Origin: Tannockella kyphosi
GTDB taxonomy: Bacteria > Bacillota_I > Bacilli_A > Erysipelotrichales > Coprobacillaceae
Assembly: GCF_021054785.1 (NCBI RefSeq)
Contig: NZ_CP088239.1
Location: 720,001-752,000, forward strand
Length of the DNA: 32,000 bases
Direction: 5' to 3'
The notes under the pieces are model-generated. The model saw only the letters and a list, made by a program, of their open reading frames with translations, had not been told where the DNA came from and searched no databases. Position 1 is the first letter of the stretch; the number at the start of each line of letters is the position of its first letter. This document shows, piece by piece, positions 1-8,658 of the stretch. The position numbers and the translations under genes are program-made.

Positions 1-1434
1 AATGAGTGGTATATTCGTGATACAAGTAGAAAAGTTACTTCTGTTCTTAGAGCAAGAGGTTCAGACGGAAAACATCATACCACCAATCACGCAATCTACG
101 GTTATAAAAAATGCAAAGACAATCCAAGCCAATGGCTAATTGATGAACCTGCTGCAAGTGTAGTGAAACGAATGTTTCAAATGTGTATTGATGGGAAAGG
201 TCCTTATCAAATTGCAAAGGTACTTACAGAGGAAAAAGTTGAAAGACCATCATACTATTTAGCACAAAGAGGAATGGGAAATCATATTTCAAATTACAAA
301 GCCGAAGAACCTTACTTATGGAGAGGGACAACAGTTGCACATATGTTAAGCAAACCCGAATATATGGGGCATACTGTGAATTTTCGCACCTACAAAGATA
401 GCTATAAAGATAAGCAACCGAAGAAAACAGATAAAGAAGATTGGATAATTTTCAAAGACACGCAAGAGCCTATTGTTGATGAAGCAACTTGGGAAACAGT
501 ACAAAAACTAAAGAAAACTAAGCGTAGAAGTGATACCATTGGAGAAGCCAATCCATTAACAGGACTTATGTATTGTGCTGACTGTGGAGCGAAAATGTAT
601 AATCATAGAGGTAGTGCTGGGTATGAACGAAATTGGTGTGGCGAAAAAACAGATAAAAAGCGACCTAATCGAGATGAATACAACTGTTCCACATATGACT
701 TAGCAAGGCAAGATTACAGATTTGTACCTTGTACTCAGCATTATATTCGTACAGAAGCTATTAAAAATATTTTACTTGAAACTATACAAGAAGTTAGCAG
801 ATGTGTGCAGTTAGATGAAGATAAATTTATAAATGAAATCATCAATAAGACATCATCACAACAAGAAAAATCTGTTAATTCATTGAAGCAACAAATCACA
901 AAGGATAATCGACGAGTAATAGACTTAAACAAACTAATACGACAGCTTTATGAGGACAATGTTATTGGAAAGTTAAGTGATAAGCGTTTCAATTTGATGA
1001 TTGAAGATTATGAAGAAGAACAAAAGCAACTAGAGCAATCCATTGAGCAATCAGAAACTATGCTGAAACAACTTGATGAGGAAAGTTTTAATACTACAAA
1101 ATTCATAGAACTTATTAAGAAGTACACAGATCTTAGTGAACTTACAACACCAATGATAAATGAATTTGTTGATAAAATTTTAGTGCATGAGGGCAAATGG
1201 GAAAATTATCAGAGAACGCAAGAAATAGAAATCTATTTGAATTTCGTTGGTAAAATTGAAATCACAAAAAAGGAAATTGAACTAACAGAAACTGAAATTT
1301 TGGAACAACAAGAGTTACAGAAGAAGCGAGATAAAAAACGAGAATATAATTATCGTTATATGAGGAAACGCAGAGAAAGATTAAAAGAGGAACAAACAAA
1401 AATAAAGGCTGATGAAGAAAGTAAAGGAGCGTAA
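1..1434 (+). CDS. Large serine recombinase, C-terminal part (N-terminal catalytic domain upstream of window)
   Basis: Frame 1 is open from nt 1 (NEWYIRDTSRKV...), so the track start at 163 is internal. It has a Cys-rich zinc-ribbon block (CADCGAKMYNH...NCSTYDL) and a long coiled coil. The C-terminal block FVDKILVHE...IEIYLNFVG is typical of TnpX/TndX-type large serine recombinases. Confidence 0.85.
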   Translation, partial: NEWYIRDTSRKVTSVLRARGSDGKHHTTNHAIYGYKKCKDNPSQWLIDEPAASVVKRMFQMCIDGKGPYQIAKVLTEEKVERPSYYLAQRGMGNHISNYKAEEPYLWRGTTVAHMLSKPEYMGHTVNFRTYKDSYKDKQPKKTDKEDWIIFKDTQEPIVDEATWETVQKLKKTKRRSDTIGEANPLTGLMYCADCGAKMYNHRGSAGYERNWCGEKTDKKRPNRDEYNCSTYDLARQDYRFVPCTQHYIRTEAIKNILLETIQEVSRCVQLDEDKFINEIINKTSSQQEKSVNSLKQQITKDNRRVIDLNKLIRQLYEDNVIGKLSDKRFNLMIEDYEEEQKQLEQSIEQSETMLKQLDEESFNTTKFIELIKKYTDLSELTTPMINEFVDKILVHEGKWENYQRTQEIEIYLNFVGKIEITKKEIELTETEILEQQELQKKRDKKREYNYRYMRKRRERLKEEQTKIKADEESKGA

Positions 1435-1436
1435 TT

Positions 1437-1823
1437 ATGGAACAAAGTATATTTGAAAAAATGGGTGGTACTTACATCAAAGTTGGCGATTACTATGTAC
1501 CAAATTTAGGACAGTTTGATGACAAAGAAGAAACAGATGATAGACCTTTAGGCAAGTATGGAATGATACGAGAAACATTCCTAAAAGAACATAGAAAGCC
1601 TTTATACAATCATCTGTTACTTAGTGGAGAACTACATTCCCACTTGCGTGATGTAAATGAGCAATCACAATATTTACTAGACACACTACTGCCCCAGTAC
1701 AAAGCAAATCAAGGTGTCACAGAGGAATTAAAAGCCAGTAAACAACTTCTATGGGTAGGAATGGTAAACAACATCCTAGCACAGATTGAAGAAATCATAT
1801 ACAGCGAAATTGTGTATGTATAA
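1437..1823 (+). CDS. tnpV: Transposon-encoded TnpV family protein
   Basis: 128 aa with the TnpV-type pattern GDYYVPNL...LGKYG.IR..FLKEHRKPLYNHLLLSG.L..HL...WVG..NNI....EEII..EIVY. SD AAAGGAG lies upstream and the start is 2 nt after the recombinase stop. Confidence 0.8.
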   Translation: MEQSIFEKMGGTYIKVGDYYVPNLGQFDDKEETDDRPLGKYGMIRETFLKEHRKPLYNHLLLSGELHSHLRDVNEQSQYLLDTLLPQYKANQGVTEELKASKQLLWVGMVNNILAQIEEIIYSEIVYV

Positions 1824-1833
1824 TTTAGGATTT

Positions 1834-1868
1834 AAGACGGAGCAAGTAATATTGTTTCCGTCTTTTTT
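1834..1868 (+). terminator. Rho-independent terminator after tnpV
   Basis: Perfect 8-bp stem AAGACGGA (1834-1841) / TCCGTCTT (1857-1864) followed by a T-run to 1868. Confidence 0.7.
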
Positions 1869-1911
1869 CATATAAAAAATCAAATTAAAAACAGAAAAGG
1901 AGCATTTCATT

Positions 1912-2211
1912 ATGACAAAGAAAACAATCGTAGAGCAACTCAAAGAAACACAAATCGAGATTGAAAAAACAAGAACAGAAAAGAAACAAAAGGAACATCA
2001 ACTAGAAAAGTTGCAAAAGCGTGAACGAGAAAAGAATCGAAGCAAACGCACACGCAATTTAATTGAAAAAGGTGCAATCTTGGAAAGTATCAATCCATCT
2101 ATCCAATCCCTATCCAACGAGCAGTTACAAGCATTTTTGCAACAAGTATTGCAGAGTGAGCGAGCATTGCATTTGCTTAGTAAAATGACAGCAACCGAAG
2201 ATACGCAGTAA
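1912..2211 (+). CDS. Small charged coiled-coil protein, DUF3847-like; probable relaxosome accessory protein
   Basis: 99 aa and K/E/R/Q-rich, with a central RTRNLIEKGAILES block resembling proteins found upstream of MobA/MobL relaxases in Firmicutes. SD AAAGGAG lies upstream of the ATG. Confidence 0.55.
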   Translation: MTKKTIVEQLKETQIEIEKTRTEKKQKEHQLEKLQKREREKNRSKRTRNLIEKGAILESINPSIQSLSNEQLQAFLQQVLQSERALHLLSKMTATEDTQ

Positions 2212-2213
2212 CT

Positions 2214-2338
2214 CCCTTGATTACAAGGGCGCACTTATACACCATTTACAATGGTGCGTGCGTTCTGCGAAGCAATGGGGAGCTACTCTCCCCAAACCCC
2301 TTGTGTACTTTACGAAATGGCTACACCTTGCGAGGTGT
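2214..2338 (+). promoter_or_regulatory. Candidate oriT of the MobA/MobL relaxase (cluster of four perfect inverted repeats)
   Basis: IR1 is CCCTTG/CAAGGG (2214-2229). IR2 is CACCATT-tac-AATGGTG (2240-2256), followed directly by CGTGCG. IR3 is GGGGAG/CTCCCC (2277-2293). IR4 is ACACCT/AGGTGT (2323-2338). The segment is locally GC-richer than its surroundings and sits directly upstream of the relaxase gene. Confidence 0.45.
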
Positions 2339-2378
2339 GGTCATTTTCATAAAGTCTAATAAACCGAAAGGAGCAGTT

Positions 2379-3836
2379 ATGGCAATATTTCATTGTTCTA
2401 TTAAAGTCATAAGTCGAGGTAAAAGTAAATCTGCTGTTGCGTCTGCTGCTTACCGAAGTGGTGCTAAAATAACAAATGAATATGACGGAGAAACTCACGA
2501 TTACACACACAAAGGTGGTATCTATTACAGTGCTATTTTACTACCACCCCACGCACCAAAAGAATATGCAGACCGTAGCATTTTATGGAACGCTGTTGAG
2601 ATGATAGAAAAACAGCATAACGCACAACTTGCAAGGGAGATTGAAGTGTCGATACCGAAAGAAATCCCCTCATATCTATGGCGAAGAATGATGATAGATT
2701 TTTGCAATTCTAACTTTGTAAAGCAAGGTATGATAGCCGATTTATCTATCCACAACAAAGACCCTAACAACCCTCATTGTCACATCATGTTAACTATGCG
2801 ACCTATCAAAGAAAATGGCAAATGGGGAGCAAAATCACGCAAAGAATATATACTTGATGATAGTGGTAATCGCATTAAACTTCCAAGTGGAAATTGGAAG
2901 TCAACAAAAGTTGATACAATGGATTGGAACAGCCAAGACAACGCAGAAGTTTGGCGAGCAAACTGGAGTGAGCATTGCAATCTCTATCTTGAAAATTTAG
3001 GGTGTGAAGAACGCATAGACCATCGAAGTTATGAAAGACAAGGCATTGACCAAATCCCATCTATTCATTTAGGAGTGTCAGCAAGTCAGATGGAACAAAA
3101 AGGTATTGAAACAGATAGAGGAAATATCAACCGACAAATCCATGATGACAACAAGGAAGTTAAGATAATTAAGGCAAGAATTACAAGGCTTATGAAGTGG
3201 CAAAGAGAACTAGAAGTGCAACCATTAGACTTATCGAGAGGAGAATTTAAGTCGTCTATACTTGAAAAATTAAATACAAACAAAGGCATCGTTAAAAATC
3301 AATACCAAACGACTAAAGACCTCAAAAATTATGTTAATGTATGGAATTTCTTACAAGCAAATGACATTGGAAATCTCGAAGAATTCAATGCAAAGATACA
3401 AGCGATGAATGATAGTTTCTACGCTATTAAATCAGCGTTAAAGACCATTGAGAATGATATGGGCAAACTAGATAAGCAACTTGATTTATGGGCTGAATAC
3501 GAGCAATTAAAGCCTATTAGGAAGAAACACCTAAAACTGACGAGCAAAGAGCAAAAGTCTTTTTATGAGCAACATACAACTGAACTTGACCGAGCTGAAA
3601 TTCTCAATTCTAAATGGGCGAAATTCACAAATAGTGGTGGAAAAATAAGCACTTCTACTTGGAAAAGAGAGCGTAAAGAATTAGAGCAATTAAGCAAAAC
3701 TTGCGATGTGAAGATGAAAGCATATAAAGAAGAATTAGGCAAAGCAGAGAAAATACAAAAAGTACTTGATGAATTATTTGCTGATGTAAAACAAGTGCCT
3801 ACTAAGACTAAAGAGATTGAGAGGTATTCGAAATAA
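2379..3836 (+). CDS. MobA/MobL-family (MOBQ-type) relaxase
   Basis: The N-terminus MAIFHCSIKVISRGKSKSAVASAAYRSG is the classic MobA/MobL signature, with the catalytic Tyr in AAYRSG. The histidine triad is HNKDPNNPHCHIML. SD GAAAGGAG lies 7 nt upstream of ATG 2379. The track start at 2217 runs through the oriT hairpins and is rejected. Confidence 0.85.
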   Translation: MAIFHCSIKVISRGKSKSAVASAAYRSGAKITNEYDGETHDYTHKGGIYYSAILLPPHAPKEYADRSILWNAVEMIEKQHNAQLAREIEVSIPKEIPSYLWRRMMIDFCNSNFVKQGMIADLSIHNKDPNNPHCHIMLTMRPIKENGKWGAKSRKEYILDDSGNRIKLPSGNWKSTKVDTMDWNSQDNAEVWRANWSEHCNLYLENLGCEERIDHRSYERQGIDQIPSIHLGVSASQMEQKGIETDRGNINRQIHDDNKEVKIIKARITRLMKWQRELEVQPLDLSRGEFKSSILEKLNTNKGIVKNQYQTTKDLKNYVNVWNFLQANDIGNLEEFNAKIQAMNDSFYAIKSALKTIENDMGKLDKQLDLWAEYEQLKPIRKKHLKLTSKEQKSFYEQHTTELDRAEILNSKWAKFTNSGGKISTSTWKRERKELEQLSKTCDVKMKAYKEELGKAEKIQKVLDELFADVKQVPTKTKEIERYSK

Positions 3837-3854
3837 AAGTTAATATTCTGTCAA

Positions 3855-3883
3855 TTGACAAATGGCTAGAAATCAAATATAAT
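3855..3883 (+). promoter_or_regulatory. Consensus sigma-A type promoter of the R-M operon
   Basis: TTGACA (3855-3860), a 17-nt spacer, then TATAAT (3878-3883). The -35 box is embedded in the perfect 12-bp palindrome TGTCAATTGACA (3849-3860). Confidence 0.65.
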
Positions 3884-3918
3884 TACAAGTAGGATGTTTT
3901 AGGATGTGAGGTGTACTT

Positions 3919-5856
3919 ATGAGATTTATAGGCAGTAAGACTGCTTTGGTAAATGAAATAGAAAATGTAATAAATGAAAATACAATTGGCAATGAACAAA
4001 TTTTTTGCGACCTTTTTTCTGGCACGGGGACTGTCGCAAGGCATTTTAAATCAAGATATGAAATATATTCAAATGATTTATTGCATTTTTCTTATGTAAT
4101 TCAAAAAGCAACAATAGAAAATAATGAATTGCCACAATTTTTGAAGCTAAAAGAATTAGGTATCGTTGATCCATTTAGTTTTTTGGAGGAAACACCAATT
4201 GCTGATTGCAGTTACGATGAATACTTTATTACTCAAAATTATTCTCCAAATAAAAACTGTGATAGAATGTATGTATCAAACAAAAATGCAACTCGAATTG
4301 ATTTTATTCGCAATACAATAGAAGCTTGGAAACAATCTAGTTTGATTAATGACACAGAGTATTTTTATTTACTTGCAGGATTAATTGAGGGTGTTCCTTA
4401 TGTTTCAAATATTACTGGTACTTATGGTGCTTATTTAAAAGAATGGGACAAACGCACTTATAAAGAATTTGAAATGAGAAGATTAGAAGTTCTTGATAAT
4501 AAGAAAAACAATCGTTGTTTTAATACAGATGGTGGAAAATTAATTGAAGAACTTGAGGGAGATATTTTATATCTAGACCCACCATATAATTCTAGACAAT
4601 ATGCACCTAACTATCATCTGCTAGAAACAATTTCAAAGTACGATTACCCTACAATAAAAGGTGTAACTGGGATGAGAGATTATGCAGAGCAAAAATCATT
4701 ATACTGTGTTAAATCTGAAGTTTTATCAGCTTTTGATGACTTGATTTCTAAGGCAAAATTCACACATATCGTTGTAAGTTACAGTAGTGATGGCTTAATG
4801 AGTGCAGAACAAATTGAAGCTGTTTTGAAAAAACATGGTATCAGTGATACGTTCAAAAGATATGATATTCCATATAGAAAATACAAAGGTAAATTATCAA
4901 AACAAGCAGATACATTGTATGAATATATTTTTTATATCAAAAAAGATTTTATTTTGGAAAATAGTGATATTATTTCTTCTTTTCCTAACAATACAATGGT
5001 TATGCAGTCAAAGAAATATATTAAAAGTCCTCTAAATTATATTGGTGGAAAATATAAATTACTACCGCAGATTATGCCATTGTTCCCACCTCAAATTAAT
5101 ACTTTGGTCGACCTTTTTTCAGGTGGTGCTAATGTTGGGATTAACACTAATGCTAATAGTATAATTTGTAATGATATTAACACAAAAATTATAGAAATGT
5201 TTACAGCATTTCAGCAAATAGATGAACAAGAAATAGTATTTCAAATTGAAAGAAATATTAAAAGTTTTAAGTTATCTAAGGAAAATCAAGAGGGTTTTTT
5301 GAAATTCAGAGATTACTACAATAACTGCCCAAATCCGATAGATTTATATACATTAGCTTGCTACTCTTTCAATTATCAGTTTAGGTTTAATAATGACCTT
5401 AAATACAATAATCCGTTTGGGAAAAACAGAAGTCAATTTTCAGAAAATATGAGAACAAATTTATTACTATTTGTGCGAAAGTTAAAACATACAAACATTC
5501 GATTTACAAACATGGATTTTGCAAGGTTTGATATATCAAACTTAGGAGAAACAGATTTAGTATATTGTGACCCACCATACCTTATTACTACAGGAAGTTA
5601 CAATGATGGTAATAGAGGTTTTAAGGATTGGGGCGAAAACGAAGAAACAGAACTGTATGAACTTTTAGATAAATTGAATGTGCAGGGAGTAAAGTTTGCA
5701 TTATCCAATGTGCTAACACACAAAGGTAAAACTAATGAAATACTTATGAACTGGAGCAAGAAATATAAAGTTGTTCACTTGAATTTTGATTATTCTAATT
5801 CAAGCCATAATACTGTAAAGGGGGTAAGTGATGAAGTGTTGATAATAAACTATTAA
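3919..5856 (+). CDS. Tandem two-domain N6-adenine DNA methyltransferase, M.FokI-like (type IIS)
   Basis: 645 aa starting MRFIGSK as in M.FokI. Domain 1 has FCDLFSGTGTV and DPPY (4576-4587). Domain 2 has NYIGGKYKLLP, VDLFSGGANVG and DPPY (5569-5580). SD GAGGTG lies upstream. Confidence 0.9.
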   Translation: MRFIGSKTALVNEIENVINENTIGNEQIFCDLFSGTGTVARHFKSRYEIYSNDLLHFSYVIQKATIENNELPQFLKLKELGIVDPFSFLEETPIADCSYDEYFITQNYSPNKNCDRMYVSNKNATRIDFIRNTIEAWKQSSLINDTEYFYLLAGLIEGVPYVSNITGTYGAYLKEWDKRTYKEFEMRRLEVLDNKKNNRCFNTDGGKLIEELEGDILYLDPPYNSRQYAPNYHLLETISKYDYPTIKGVTGMRDYAEQKSLYCVKSEVLSAFDDLISKAKFTHIVVSYSSDGLMSAEQIEAVLKKHGISDTFKRYDIPYRKYKGKLSKQADTLYEYIFYIKKDFILENSDIISSFPNNTMVMQSKKYIKSPLNYIGGKYKLLPQIMPLFPPQINTLVDLFSGGANVGINTNANSIICNDINTKIIEMFTAFQQIDEQEIVFQIERNIKSFKLSKENQEGFLKFRDYYNNCPNPIDLYTLACYSFNYQFRFNNDLKYNNPFGKNRSQFSENMRTNLLLFVRKLKHTNIRFTNMDFARFDISNLGETDLVYCDPPYLITTGSYNDGNRGFKDWGENEETELYELLDKLNVQGVKFALSNVLTHKGKTNEILMNWSKKYKVVHLNFDYSNSSHNTVKGVSDEVLIINY

Positions 5857-5875
5857 CATTTCTCACAGATACGAT

Positions 5876-7648
5876 ATGATAAATATATTACCTACACACG
5901 CAACATCTTTTAGAGCTTTTGGTTGGGTACAAGACCCAAGTAATTTCAGAAGCCTTTGTGATGTGGTTGCGATATTTGATGAAAATTCTAAGAAACACAA
6001 CGATTTGAAAGATACAATCATACCTCGTCTTGTTGAGGAAAGGGATGGCAAAGACAGACTGTTAAAATCAATGGATAGTAGACCATTAAAACTATCATAC
6101 CTAGATTTAGTTGGTACGTCTTTTATGCCTCGTGGTTCAGCAAGATGTAATGGTATCGTGCAAGCTACTGTTATTGGTCAAGTTAGGGAATTTATAAGCG
6201 ATTGGCCAGCAGACAATTTTGTCCGCTGGGCATATGCCTTTGGTTTCATCAAGTATAATTATTCTGATGATACCTTTGAAATTACAGAAAAAGGGTTGGA
6301 ATTGTCATTAGCAAAAACTCTTGGTGATGATTTGAATGAAATAGAAAAAGAGTTACTGACTACTGCAATACTAGCATACCCGCCTGCTGTTAGAATTTTA
6401 AGATTATTGAGCGAAAACGAGGGAACGCACCTTACGAAATTTGAAATAGGGAAACAATTAGGCTTTATAGGCGAGGATGGATTTACAAGTTTACCTCAGT
6501 CAGTTCTTGTGCGTGAATTAGCTATAACAGATGATGCAAAAGAAAAGAATAAAATGAAAGCTGATTGGGATGGGTCGTCTGATAAATATGCAAGAATGAC
6601 ATCGAAATGGTTGGCGAAATTAGGCTTAGTTATTCAAAAGCCAAAGAGAATAACCGTTACTATAGCTGATGAGACTTATACGGAAACGATAGGGCAGGCA
6701 TATATTATCTCAGCAAGTGGAATATCTGCACTTAATAGAACTATTGGCAAAAGTAAACATAAAAGAATAGCTAAAAATGTATGCTTTGAAATGTTAGCAA
6801 CAAAAGGAAGCGATCGAGAATACCTAAGAACAAGAAGAACTTATATTTTGAAATTCATTTCAGAAAATAAAGGTGAAATTAGATATGATGAAGTTAAGGA
6901 AAAATTGAAACAAGTCGCTTTTGAAGAAAGTATTGAAACTATTAAAGCAGACTTAAAAGGACTAATTAATTTAGGGCTTAATATACAGGTTTATGCTAAT
7001 TCTTGTATTTGGAATGATGAAATAAATGAGTTCACACTTCCGTTGACACAGAACTTGACAAAATCAAGCTTGACTGAGATAAAAGAAGAAATCAGACCTT
7101 ATATTACACATATTTCTCACGAATACTTATCACTTATTGACTTAGCTTATGACAGTAAACAAAATAGATTATTTGAGATGAAAACACTTGAATTATTGAT
7201 TGATGAATGTGAATACAACGGACTTCATTTAGGTGGAAGCAGGAAACCAGATGGAATTATTTATACCAGTGAAGATGCTGAAAATTATGGTGTAATTATT
7301 GATACAAAAGCATATTCAAAAGGCTATTCTTTACCAATATCACAAGCTGATGAAATGGAAAGATATATCAGAGAAAATCAAACAAGAGATGATGAAGTTA
7401 ATCCGAATGAATGGTGGAACAATTTTGACAATCGCATTTCAAAACATTATTTTATGTTTATATCGGGGCATTTCATTGGCAACTATAAATCACAAATCGA
7501 AAGAATAAGCAGAAACACAAATACAAGAGGAACATCTTTAAATGTGAAAAATTTGCTGCTGTGTGCTAACCTCTATAAGGCAGGCGAGCTGACTCATCAT
7601 AGTATAGGGGAAAAAATAAATAACAGTTATGAGTTTGTGCTACAGTAA
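5876..7648 (+). CDS. FokI-like type IIS restriction endonuclease
   Basis: 590 aa with long colinear matches to remembered FokI: FGWVQ(D/N)P, AYPPAVRIL, HLTKFE.GK.LGF.GE.GFTSLP, W.GSSDKYARM, REY.RTRR. The cleavage domain has HLGGSRKPDGIIYT (Asp 7250-7252), VIIDTKAY (Asp-Thr-Lys 7301-7309) and QADEMERYIRENQTR. Confidence 0.9.
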   Translation: MINILPTHATSFRAFGWVQDPSNFRSLCDVVAIFDENSKKHNDLKDTIIPRLVEERDGKDRLLKSMDSRPLKLSYLDLVGTSFMPRGSARCNGIVQATVIGQVREFISDWPADNFVRWAYAFGFIKYNYSDDTFEITEKGLELSLAKTLGDDLNEIEKELLTTAILAYPPAVRILRLLSENEGTHLTKFEIGKQLGFIGEDGFTSLPQSVLVRELAITDDAKEKNKMKADWDGSSDKYARMTSKWLAKLGLVIQKPKRITVTIADETYTETIGQAYIISASGISALNRTIGKSKHKRIAKNVCFEMLATKGSDREYLRTRRTYILKFISENKGEIRYDEVKEKLKQVAFEESIETIKADLKGLINLGLNIQVYANSCIWNDEINEFTLPLTQNLTKSSLTEIKEEIRPYITHISHEYLSLIDLAYDSKQNRLFEMKTLELLIDECEYNGLHLGGSRKPDGIIYTSEDAENYGVIIDTKAYSKGYSLPISQADEMERYIRENQTRDDEVNPNEWWNNFDNRISKHYFMFISGHFIGNYKSQIERISRNTNTRGTSLNVKNLLLCANLYKAGELTHHSIGEKINNSYEFVLQ

Positions 7649-7650
7649 AC

Positions 7651-8373
7651 ATGGAAAGGAAAGAACTATTGCGTAAATTACCAAACTACATCAATGAAAA
7701 TGCAAAATACAATAATCGATATGTAGCATTCATTGATATTTTAGGATTTAAAGAGCTAATTCTCAAGACGGATTTTCGTAATATCACATCCGTTTTTGAT
7801 AAAATAACACACGAGATATTTTGCTTTGACAGTACACTTGCATTATCTATAGGTATACCCAAATATTCTCAGATCAATACCTATATTATGTCAGATAGTG
7901 TTGTATTAAGTATTGATGTTGACGCACCTCAAGCTCTGATTGCACTTGTTAAAGCAACTGCATATATTCAAACAGCTTTAATAAAAAGAAATCCATCAAT
8001 CCTATCTCGTGGTGGGATTTCCATCGGAGAATATTATCAAGAAAGAGATAAAGCCTTTGGTTCAGCACTTGTTAAGGCTCATCAATTAGAAAGTTGTAAA
8101 GATAAAGGAAAAGGGGCAATATTTCCTCGTGTAATATTCGATAATGACATTTGTTTAGAACAAATAAAAGAGAGTATTATTCTTGATGATTATGACGGAT
8201 TATATTTTGTTGATTATCTGAAAGTGGCTTTGAAAGGCAGTTCTTTTCAATCGTTTATCAAAGAAGATATTAGCAAAAAACAATTATGTGTATCCGATAA
8301 TAAGATTAAAGAAAAGTATGATTGGTATGAAAAATATTATAAGCTATCAATGGATAAAATAAAGAAAATGTAG
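7651..8373 (+). CDS. Stand-alone minimal palm-domain nucleotidyl cyclase-like protein (class III cyclase / GGDEF / mCpol superfamily); function unknown
   Basis: 240 aa with ATG 3 nt after the endonuclease stop. The ordered motifs are VAFIDILGFKEL (7729-7749, beta1 metal Asp), IMSDSVVL (7888-7905, second Asp), SRGGISIGE (8005-8031) and GSALVKAHQLES...GAIFPRVIF (from 8059). This is colinear with cyclase-homology domains (F.D..GFT / GD / R.GIH.G / G..VN.A.R.ES..pG.I.vs). The gene call is solid but the functional call is tentative. Confidence 0.5.
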   Translation: MERKELLRKLPNYINENAKYNNRYVAFIDILGFKELILKTDFRNITSVFDKITHEIFCFDSTLALSIGIPKYSQINTYIMSDSVVLSIDVDAPQALIALVKATAYIQTALIKRNPSILSRGGISIGEYYQERDKAFGSALVKAHQLESCKDKGKGAIFPRVIFDNDICLEQIKESIILDDYDGLYFVDYLKVALKGSSFQSFIKEDISKKQLCVSDNKIKEKYDWYEKYYKLSMDKIKKM

Positions 8374-8409
8374 TATATAAAATCTAAAACAACTAAATAT
8401 CTGATGCTG

Positions 8410-8455
8410 AAAGCACTTATTTACTTTGAATACCAAAGTTAATAGGTGCTTTTTG
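8410..8455 (+). terminator. Rho-independent terminator closing the R-M/cyclase operon
   Basis: 19-nt arms AAAGCACTTATTTACTTTG (8410-8428) and CAAAGTTAATAGGTGCTTT (8434-8452) pair at 17/19. The loop is AATAC and a T-run follows. Confidence 0.6.
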
Positions 8456-8481
8456 CATTATCAAAGAAAGGAATAACTAAT

Positions 8482-8658
8482 ATGGAAAATCAAACATTAA
8501 AGCAAGACACGAACACTAAAAATCGTTTTAAAAAGAAAATTGGCAAGACTATCTATGAAGTAACTGTATACTCCAGTCAAACGAGTAAAGAAACCTTGCA
8601 AGATAAGATGGAGAGATTGATTGAAAACGAATGTGTAAGTATTGTAAATCAGGAATAA
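8482..8658 (+). CDS. tnpW: TnpW-like small transposon protein
   Basis: 58 aa from ATG 8482 with SD AAAGGA upstream. The block KKIGKTIYEVTVYSSQTSKETLQDKMERLIENE matches the remembered TnpW family pattern (IG.TTY.V.V.FS.TS.ET..DK..RL). The track start at 8446 (GTG) lies inside the terminator stem. Confidence 0.55.
   Translation: MENQTLKQDTNTKNRFKKKIGKTIYEVTVYSSQTSKETLQDKMERLIENECVSIVNQE

Noticed and set aside
741-1196. Minus-strand ORFs (63 and 62 aa) inside the recombinase gene
   Set aside because: They are entirely antisense to a well-supported CDS. The peptides are low-complexity and Ser/Cys/Phe-rich, typical of reverse frames of AT-rich coding DNA, and have no SD.
2217-2378. Upstream extension of the relaxase ORF given in the track
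   Set aside because: The extension runs through the inverted-repeat oriT region and has no SD. The canonical MobA/MobL N-terminus MAIFH starts at ATG 2379 behind GAAAGGAG.
2310-3289. Several 61-81 aa ORFs, antisense or alternate-frame, within the MobA/MobL gene
   Set aside because: They overlap a strongly supported CDS and have no ribosome-binding sites or recognisable motifs.
4835-5035. 66-aa alternate-frame ORF inside the methyltransferase gene; also 7299-7508 inside the endonuclease gene and 5863-6051 on the minus strand
   Set aside because: Their composition looks like frame-shifted translation. They have no SD and no similarity to anything recognisable.
8446-8481. GTG start for the TnpW-like ORF; likewise GTG 10046 for the ArdC-like gene, ATG 22691 for the 157-aa gene and GTG 23232 for the 186-aa gene
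   Set aside because: These starts lie inside terminator stems or promoter elements and lack an SD. Internal ATGs with good SDs (8482, 10088, 22754, 23253) are preferred.
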